DNA from: Flaccisagitta enflata
Taxonomy: Eukaryota
Assembly: GCA_965153355.1 (NCBI GenBank)
Contig: OZ231126.1
Span: 29,388,001-29,452,000 of the forward strand
Direction: 5' to 3'
DNA: 64,000 nt
Shown here: one piece after another, positions 1 through 64,000 of the stretch
Layout: each line of letters begins with the position of its first letter
Numbering within the stretch: the first letter of the stretch is position 1
Translations under genes and position numbers: made by a program
Notes under the pieces: model-generated
What the model was told of the DNA's origin: nothing
Databases searched by the model: none
What the model saw: only the letters and a program-made list of their open reading frames with translations

Positions 1-106
1 AAATGTATCGCAGTCTTCATATCACTTATGACGGCGACATGAGCCACACCTCCAATCGAGCCGACAGAGCAGCTGCCAAAGCCACCAATCGGCTTTTTAC
101 AGTATA

Positions 107-1540
107 GGCAATTTCTCCTATAAACCGGGCCGGCCAAAATCAAGCGCCTGATTGAGTTAACATTGAAAAAAATAACATAATTCAATGATAGTTGCATCTA
201 TCAGCTTGAAATTTTGGTTGCAGGCTCAGAATTTGATACTCTTTCAAGTCATAATGAAAAAATCACTTGAAGTCTTGAACTGTGTTTAATTATATAAATT
301 TTTGTGAGAAACAGTGTGACATAGTGTGACAAAGTGATAACTCGATAGGACACTTTCTTAAAAAAATCAATATCTCCGGGTAGAAATGACATAAAGTTCT
401 GAAATTTGGCATGTAACCTGGATTATGTCTTTACTTGACAGGGGAAAAAAAAATTTAACATCATACTTAAAAATATTTTTTTTTAATGTATTGTATATTA
501 CAGTATCAAGATGAGATATTTATTCATTTTTAACAAATCAACTATGAACGAAATTTTTGCGTAGTAGATCACAGCGCAATCTGTAGTGATATTAATGCCC
601 CGGGGAATTCCCTGGGAATTCCCCCGTTACAATTATTCATAAGTGAACCGTGCATAGTCTAAAAATGTCAGAGTTTGATCTTGGGGGAAATTCCCTGGGG
701 AATCCCCCAATTAGACTAACTCATTTCTAAACTAAATGGGGCATATGCCTCGTTAAGTCCCCAATTAGTCCCTGAAGATTTTCACGATAGAAATCGACCT
801 GAAGAAAGCCACTGAAAAAAGGGTTAACTGATTTTTGACGAAGCATTTTTGATTAAACAAAACTAAACTGAATGGGGCATATGCCCTGTTAAGTCCCCGT
901 TTAGTCCCTGAATCATTTTTTTCACTAACTTTTAACGGGGCATACAACCGGGCATATTCAAACTTTCACTTTTTTTTACCGGGGATATTGGGGCTTATGC
1001 CCGGGGCATTAATGTCACTTTTTTGTACTACAGATTGCGCTGTGGCATATGCCCCGTTGAGTCCCCATTTAGTCCCTGAAGATTTTCACGATAGAAATTG
1101 ACCTGAAGAAAGCCACTGAAAAAAGTTTACTGATTTTTGACGAAGCATTTTTGATTAAACAAAACTAAACTAAATGGGGCATATGCCCTGTTAAGTCCCT
1201 GTTTAGTCCCTGAATCATTTTTTTCACTAATTTTTAACGGGGCATAGAACCGGGCATATTTAAACTCTAACTTTTTTTTACCGGGGACATTGGGGCTTTT
1301 GCCCGGGGCATTAATGTCACTTTTTTTTACTACAAATTGCGCTGTGTAGATGTCCATCAGTCACCATCAAATTTTTGATGCTTCTTTAGGGATAGCAATG
1401 GTACAAAAATAACCTATCGTTGGAAAGGTTTGACAATTTTTTCATGTTTTTATCATATTAGATATGAAGTGTGACACAAGTGTGACAGGAAAAATAGGCT
1501 GTTTTGGCTCTACTTTTGGCCACCTATAGGATTCTTTTTT
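107..1540. mobile_element. Non-autonomous DNA transposon remnant with ~300-bp internal tandem duplication
   Basis: Start GGCAATTTCTCCTATAAAC and internal blocks resemble the element at 12793-13593; ~735-1045 is repeated at ~1046-1345. Right end not defined. Confidence 0.55.
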
Positions 1541-2012
1541 TGTGTGTGTACAACATTGAGGCCATGAGGGGGTCTGCCGGTGCTGGGCTCTCGACCAATC
1601 ATGCTAAAGAGCTAACTTAAATGGTTAACAATTACACCCAACTTTCGAATTGAACCCTGCATGCGAGACTTATATAAATGAAATATTGCGTCATCTTATT
1701 TCAACTACACTAAGAGAGTTAGTTTTAAGTTGCGGACACGCAACTCTTTTGGAGGCTTTTCCCTTGGTGAACGAGTTGAAAAGTGGAAAAACCAGCATAT
1801 CAAATACTTTTTGTGCATGTTTGTGTGTGGGGGCACGGGGGTTGGGGTGTGGATGTGTGTGTGTTTAACTGTGTGTGTGTGTTTAAGTGTGTGCGTGCTT
1901 AAGTGTGTGCGTGCTTAAGTGTTGGCGTGCTTAAGTGTGTGCGTATTTAAGTGTGTGCGCGTTTAAGTGTGTGCGTGTGTGTGTGTGTGTCTGCGTGTGT
2001 GTGTGTGTCTGC

Positions 2013-2122
<110 letters not shown>

Positions 2123-2168
2123 AATGAGTAATGCGACTTTTCTTACACTGAAAGATAAGAAGACTAAC

Positions 2169-27623
<25,455 letters not shown>

Positions 27624-28631
27624 GATTTCAATTTTGGTTCATGCTTTTGATTCTCTTTTCTCTTGCTTAGTTTCCGTTGAAAAGGTACTTTCTTTAAAAT
27701 GTATATCTTTAAAAACTCAGTTGGTAAGATGATTTGGGGTTTTGAGATTGTTGATTGTCAATTTTGTTGATTCACGATGGTTTTTGACTTCGAGTTAGAA
27801 ACCAGTTTTGATCACTGACCGAGGGAAAGATCACAATTGAGTGATGAGCTAAACGCACACCCCCTTTTTTCCCCAAGTCTCATGCCGGCTTACATGACAT
27901 GGCAAAGCTTTGCATTTAAAAGTCGAACGAAGTTGAGGAGGTTATCTTGAGCGACAGGAGAGTGTCATCACTGTTTCCTCGACACCAATTTACTCACTCA
28001 TTACTTTTCTTTGAGTAGTTTTCAATTACTGAATCAAACTCCGAAGCTTGGCCTGGAGGAGGCTCGGTTCAGGAGAGTTTTGAGATTTCAGAGCTCGAAC
28101 ACTCTCTTCATTTGTTTTAACACTGGAATCGTCCCTTGCTGACATCTTTTTCTGTTGATTAAAAAAGAACAAGCCTCTCTTTAACCCGCTGGGGATATCT
28201 CTATTGAAACTTTTTTTAGTTGCGGACACGCAACTCTACAAGTCCGTCCGTCCATCCATCCGTCCGTCCGTAGAAGTGATCGAGTGACAAGTGGAAAAAT
28301 GAGCGATTTGGATACTTCTTGTGTATGTATGATTGTATACGGAGTGGGGTTATGGGTGTGGATTGGGGTTGGATGCCCCTGCCCACCCTCCCGCAACGAT
28401 ATTGTGACCCCGCGTCACTCGTTTTTTTCTCTCTCTCTCTTTTTCCGAAATCAAGGCCAAGTCATGACTAATAAGTGTGCCTCGCTGATTGAAAATGAAT
28501 GTATGAATGAATGAATCTACGCTGAAGGCATGAAAGTAGTGAAGGTTTGCGCAAAAATCGGCTGTCAATGCCTGTCATGATTGTTTGAAAACGTTTGCGT
28601 AACCGACCGACAGACATACCGACCCACAGGC

Positions 28632-29146
28632 TTGGGCGCTTCGTATAGAAAAAAATTTGATTTTCTTCTTGTCCCGCTAACCCAATACGGAGTGAAAAAA
28701 ATCATGAAGATAACCATTTTCCTTTTCTCAAAATTCCTTCATCTTCCATTTTTGTTTTGACCTTAAAGTTTCCTCAGGTTTCCCAGAATTCAGCAGAATC
28801 CTGTGTAGTCTTGTTACAAAAGGACCAATTATTAGTTTTAGAAAATTGTGATTTTTGTAAAAATGAATTAAAATATCAGAGCATAAATTATAAAAGAGCT
28901 TGTGAAAAGGTAGATTAACAATTCTATAAAGAGTAGAAATTTGTAAAAGCTAATTCAAATAAGATCAGCATATTGTTTTATCCGACTGCAATATACAAAT
29001 TAGGCTCTTAAAAACAATTTTCTAAAAAACGGAAGATGAACAATTTTTGATAAAAGAAAAATGGTAAGGGTCCTAAAATTGGCCACTCCACATTAGGTAA
29101 AGAGGATGAAAAGAAATAAGCAACTTTTGCTATGTGAAGCACCCAA
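28632..29146. mobile_element. TIR element with 9-bp target-site duplication (mirror ~32468-32979)
   Basis: CCCACAGGC|TTGGGCGCTTCGTATAG ... CTATGTGAAGCACCCAA|CCCACAGGC; same family as 18006-20531. Confidence 0.75.
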
Positions 29147-29369
29147 CCCACAGGCAGATAGACCCACAGACACAGCCTCTTATAGATGTGCGAGGACGCA
29201 CTTAAAATGGATAGTTCAAAATATGTAAGTGTAAACTCCATTTAACAACACTTAATCGGCCGTACATTTATTTGTACATCGAAGATGATAGACAGCAGGA
29301 AAGTGAAACTAGAGAGCATGCTTCTTGACTTGGACAGCATAACATTGCAACCCAAAAAAAAAAAAAAAA

Positions 29370-29903
29370 GGACAACTATCCTTAAAGTTATCAAAAATTC
29401 CACCTCAAACCTTATCAAAGAGCGACTCAACAGATACAAATCAATAGCAAGAAAAACCCACTATTGTCAGCTATTTAAGAAATGTACAAGTGACAAGAAG
29501 AGTACCAGATTTGTGTGCTGAATTGTGACACTACATTCCTCACACCTATCTGATCTTCCCATTGTAAAATGCTCATAACATCCATAGCTTTAAATCAAGA
29601 TTTTCCCACCAATTGAGAAAAATCACCATTCTCTGAGTCAACCCCAAACTCTTGATTAAATAATCCAGAATTTGAACAAAATCACCAAAAGTTAAGTGAA
29701 TTATCAAAAGATAATGTAGTTACCAAAGGCAATGTTGTGAAGAAACCATACCCTAGAGGCAAAAATCGAGAGTCAACCTTACTGGGACCGCCGACATTCT
29801 CAACCAAAAACTATATGACTTGGACAACATTACATTGCAACCCAAAAGAATAGTGCACCCATTTCCAAACTAACAATATTCGCAAATAAACTTATCCCCT
29901 TTA

Positions 29904-29963
<60 letters not shown>

Positions 29964-30360
29964 AAGCTAATCATCCTCTGCGCATGGTGCCATGAGCACA
30001 TTTTGAATTTCAATGTATTCAGTCTTATTGTTAACAGATCTGATCGAATCTATGGAACCTATGGAAAGACAATTATCTCCCTGTTCGCTGATGAGGCGAT
30101 CCATTTTAGGCTTATACATGTAGCAGGCGTTCATATTTTGTAAACCTTCCGAGAGGCAAAAAATTTCCCTCTAAAGTTTCCGACCCACTTTGTCATTGCT
30201 CTCCTAACAATCTTTACGCTAAATAGCGTGCATAAATCAAAAGTCTCAACTTGTATTGGCCATGATATAGCTCTATTTGTGTAAAGCTTTTGAAAAATCA
30301 ATGTGAACCAACTAATAATCAATTTTTTTTTATACCTGACAAAATGCCGCTTTATTTTGT
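29370..30360. pseudogene. Decayed non-LTR retrotransposon (LINE) ORF2 fragments (mirror ~31200-32240)
   Basis: + strand RYKSIARKTHYCQLFKKC (linker-like) and ISLFADE (~30072-30095, FADD-like); - strand VHIDFSKAL (~30285-30310). Broken by stops. Confidence 0.4.
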
Positions 30361-30470
30361 TATCTAACAAGAATTGAATCTAGCATTTCTTCTTTCTTTC
30401 ATTTCTTCCTTCCTTTTTTCCTTCTCGCCATCTTTCTTTCTTTCTTCCTTCCTTTCATTCTTTAATTCAT

Positions 30471-30502
<32 letters not shown>

Positions 30503-30514
30503 TTTTTCTTTTTT

Positions 30515-30577
<63 letters not shown>

Positions 30578-30609
30578 CTTTTTCTCTCTCTTTTTCATTC
30601 TTTCTCTCT

Positions 30610-30664
<55 letters not shown>

Positions 30665-30985
30665 CTCTTTCTTATTTTCTTTTTCTTTCTTTCTCAGTCT
30701 CTCTGTCTGTCTCTCTGTCTCTCTGTGTATCTGTCTGTCGGTCTGTCCGTCTGTCAGTTGATCAAATCCTTTCTTTTTTATGATTTTATTTTTGACCTCT
30801 GCTCCTGCCCAAATGGTCTGGTGACCTCATTTGGGCAGCAGATATGCAATGAGTCATAAAATCATAAAAAAGTGAAGTGTGACCAACCAACCATTTGAAC
30901 AGACAGATATTCACATTGTGACAAAGCATTATAAGTCACGTGCTATGTGCACCAAAAGTAAGGAAAAGAAATAAGAAATGAAAAA

Positions 30986-31030
<45 letters not shown>

Positions 31031-31041
31031 AAAAGAAAGAA

Positions 31042-31073
<32 letters not shown>

Positions 31074-31609
31074 ATGAATTAAAGATAGAAAAGAGTCATA
31101 CATCGATGGAAAAGAAATACGTAGAAGATGGCGAGAAGGAAAAAAGGAAGGAAGAAATGAAAGAAAGAAGAAATGCTAGATTCAATTCTTGTTAGATAAC
31201 AAAATAAAGCGGCATTTTGTCAGGTATAAAAAAAAATTGATTATTAGTTGGTTCACATTGATTTTTCAAAAGCTTTACACAAATAGAGCTATATCATGGC
31301 CAATACAAGTTGAGACTTTTGATTTATGCACGCTATTTAGCGTAAAGATTGTTAGGAGAGCAATGACAAAGTGGGTCGGAAACTTTAGAGGGAAATTTTT
31401 TGCCTCTCGGAAGGTTTACAAAATATGAACGCCTGCTACATGTATAAGCCTAAAATGGATCGCCTCATCAGCGAACAGGGAGATAATTGTCTTTCCATAG
31501 GTTCCATAGATTCGATCAGATCTGTTAACAATAAGACTGAATACATTGAAATTCAAAATGTGCTCATGGCACCATGCGCAGAGGATGATTAGCTTGGGAA
31601 ACTATTATA

Positions 31610-31703
<94 letters not shown>

Positions 31704-33984
31704 CTATTAAAGGGGATAAGTTTATTTGCGAATATTGTTAGTTTGAAAATGGGTGCACTATTCTTTTGGGTTGCAATGTAATGTTGTCCAAGTCATATAG
31801 TTTTTGGTTGAGAATGTCGGCGGTCCCAGTAAGGTTGACTCTCGATTTTTGCCTCTAGGGTATGGTTTCTTCACAACATTGCCTTTGGTAACTACATTAT
31901 CTTTTGATAATTCACTTAACTTTTGGTGATTTTGTTCAAATTTGGATTACTTTAATCAAGAGTTTGATGGGTTGACTCAATTAACTTAGTGATTTTTCTC
32001 AGTGGTGGGAAAAATCTTAGTTAAAGCTATGGATGTTATGAGCATTTTACAATGGGAAGATCAGATAGGTGTGAGGAATGTAGTGTCACAATTCAGCACA
32101 CAAATCTGGTACTCTTCTTGTCACTTGTACATTTCTTAAATAGCTGACAATAGTGGGTTTTTCTTGCTATTGATTTGTATCTGTTGAGTCGCTCTTTGAT
32201 AAGGTTTGAGGTGGAATTTTTGATAACTTTAAGGATAGTTGTCCTTTTTTTTTTTTTTTTGGGTTGCAATGTTATGCTGTCCAAGTCAAGAAGCATGCTC
32301 TCTAGTTTCACTTTCCTGCTGTCTATCATCTTCGATGTACAAATAAATGTACGGCCGATTAAGTGTTGTTAAATGGAGTTTACACTTACATATTTTGAAC
32401 TATCCATTTTAAGTGCGTCCTCGCACATCTATAAGAGGCTGTGTCTGTGGGTCTATCTGCCTGTGGGTTGGGTGCTTCACATAGCAAAAGTTGCTTATTT
32501 CTTTTCATCCTCTTTACCTAATGTGGAGTGACGATTTTAGGACCTTCCGTTTTCTTTTATCGAAATTGTTAACATCTTCCGTTTTTTAGAAAATTGTTTT
32601 TGAGAGCCTAATTTGTATATTGCAGTGGGATAAAATAATATGCTGATCTTATTTGAATTAGCTTTTACAAATTTCTACTCTTTATAGGATTGTTAATCTG
32701 CCTTTTCACGAGCTCTTTTGTAATTTATGCTCTGATATTCTAATTCATTTTTACAAAAATCACAATTTTCTAAAACTAATAATTGGTCCTTTTGTAACAA
32801 GACTACACAGGATTCTGCTGAATTCTGGGAAACCTGAGGAAACTTTAAGGTCAAAACAAAAATGGAAGATGAAGGAATTTTGAGAAAAGGAAAATGGTTA
32901 TCTTCATGATTTTTTTCACTCCGTATTGGGTTAGCGGGACAAGAAGAAAATCAAATTTTTTTCTATACGAAGCGCCCAAGCCTGTGGGTCGGTATGTCTG
33001 TCGGTCGGTTACGCAAACGTTTTCAAACAATCATGACAGGCATTGACAGCCGATTTTTGCGCAAACCTTCACTACTTTCATGCCTTCAGCGTAGATTCAT
33101 TCATTCATACATTCATTTTCAATCAGCGAGGCACACTTATTAGTCATGACTTGGCCTTGATTTCGGAAAAAGAGAGAGAGAGAAAAAAACGAGTGACGCG
33201 GGGTCACAATATCGTTGCGGGAGGGTGGGCAGGGGCATCCAACCCCAATCCACCCATAACCCCACTCCGTATACAATCATACATACACAAGAAGTATCCA
33301 AATCGCTCATTTTTCCACTTGTCACTCGATCACTTCTACGGACGGACGGATGGATGGACGGACGGACTTGTAGAGTTGCGTGTCCGCAACTAAAAAAGTT
33401 TCAATAGAGATATCCCCAGCGGGTTAAAGAGAGGCTTGTTCTTTTTTAATCAACAGAAAAAGATGTCAGCAAGGGACGATTCCAGTGTTAAAACAAATGA
33501 AGAGAGTGTTCGAGCTCTGAAATCTCAAAACTCTCCTGAACCGAGCCTCCTCCAGGCCAAGCTTCGGAGTTTGATTCAGTAATTGAAAACTACTCAAAGA
33601 AAAGTAATGAGTGAGTAAATTGGTGTCGAGGAAACAGTGATGACACTCTCCTGTCGCTCAAGATAACCTCCTCAACTTCGTTCGACTTTTAAATGCAAAG
33701 CTTTGCCATGTCATGTAAGCCGGCATGAGACTTGGGGAAAAAAGGGGGTGTGCGTTTAGCTCATCACTCAATTGTGATCTTTCCCTCGGTCAGTGATCAA
33801 AACTGGTTTCTAACTCGAAGTCAAAAACCATCGTGAATCAACAAAATTGACAATCAACAATCTCAAAACCCCAAATCATCTTACCAACTGAGTTTTTAAA
33901 GATATACATTTTAAAGAAAGTACCTTTTCAACGGAAACTAAGCAAGAGAAAAGAGAATCAAAAGCATGAACCAAAATTGAAATC

Positions 33985-63389
<29,405 letters not shown>

Positions 63390-63919
63390 GTGAGGACTTT
63401 TTGCCGACTGTCCGATAGTCAGATAGCAAGGAGGAAAGCATTTAAACAAACAGAGGAAGGACGTGAAAGAAAGAATAGAACAAGTGACGCGGGGTCACAA
63501 TGTCGTTGCGGACGGGTGGGCAGAGGCACCCAAACCCTATCCACACCCTAATCCCCACTCCCCTCACACCAACATACACAAAAAATATCTAAAACACTTG
63601 TTTTTCCACTTTGCGATTGGATCATTACCGACGGACTGACGGATCAACGGACAAAGCCTATTATAGAGTTGCGTGTCCACAATTAACAAGGCCGGATACA
63701 CGGCCAATACCAGCCGAGGATGGGTGGGCAGGGGCGGAAATGCGCGTTTTTGCACTTTCTCAACTCGATGATCTCTATGGACAAACGGACCGACCGACCG
63801 ACGGACGGACAAAGCCTCTTATAGAGTCGCTAGTCCGCGACTAAAAATGAAAGGAGTTTTTAGAGAATTGAATTTGAGAGAATTGTTAATGTTAGCGTAA
63901 GTTTTTGAACCAATCCTCT

Positions 63920-64000
<81 letters not shown>

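Noticed and set aside
3-107. MYRSLHITYDGDMSHTSNRADRAAAKATNRLF, faintly like a LINE RT C-terminal region
   Set aside because: Too short, truncated by the window edge, and not the expected next CLC exon.
33463-33610. MSARDDSSVK... as CLC start exon
   Set aside because: Stops before the nearby GTGAGT donor; the ATG at 33985 gives the correct phase. May be a 5' UTR exon.

Overview
Microsatellite- and transposon-rich eukaryotic (most likely invertebrate animal) genomic DNA. Nearly the whole window is one giant inverted duplication: the left arm (~4,330-30,800) mirrors the right arm (~30,840-64,000), with the symmetry axis at ~30,820. Each arm carries a multi-exon CLC-family Cl-/H+ exchanger gene transcribed outward from the centre: 12 phase-consistent exons on the left, 8 on the right, both running off the window. 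Three antisense genes are nested in the two large CLC introns: an intronless extended-synaptotagmin-like SMP+C2 gene, a ~301-aa Cys/His-motif gene I cannot assign to a family, and a single-pass membrane protein with a Pro/Gly-rich tail ending in HHDHGF repeats. The inner arms are almost identical. The outer arms differ by many SNPs and by several arm-specific transposon insertions with clean empty sites. The structure is either a real palindrome with homogenised inner arms or two haplotypes joined head-to-head through a fold-back artefact; sequence alone cannot decide. Most short ORFs in the track are microsatellite noise.
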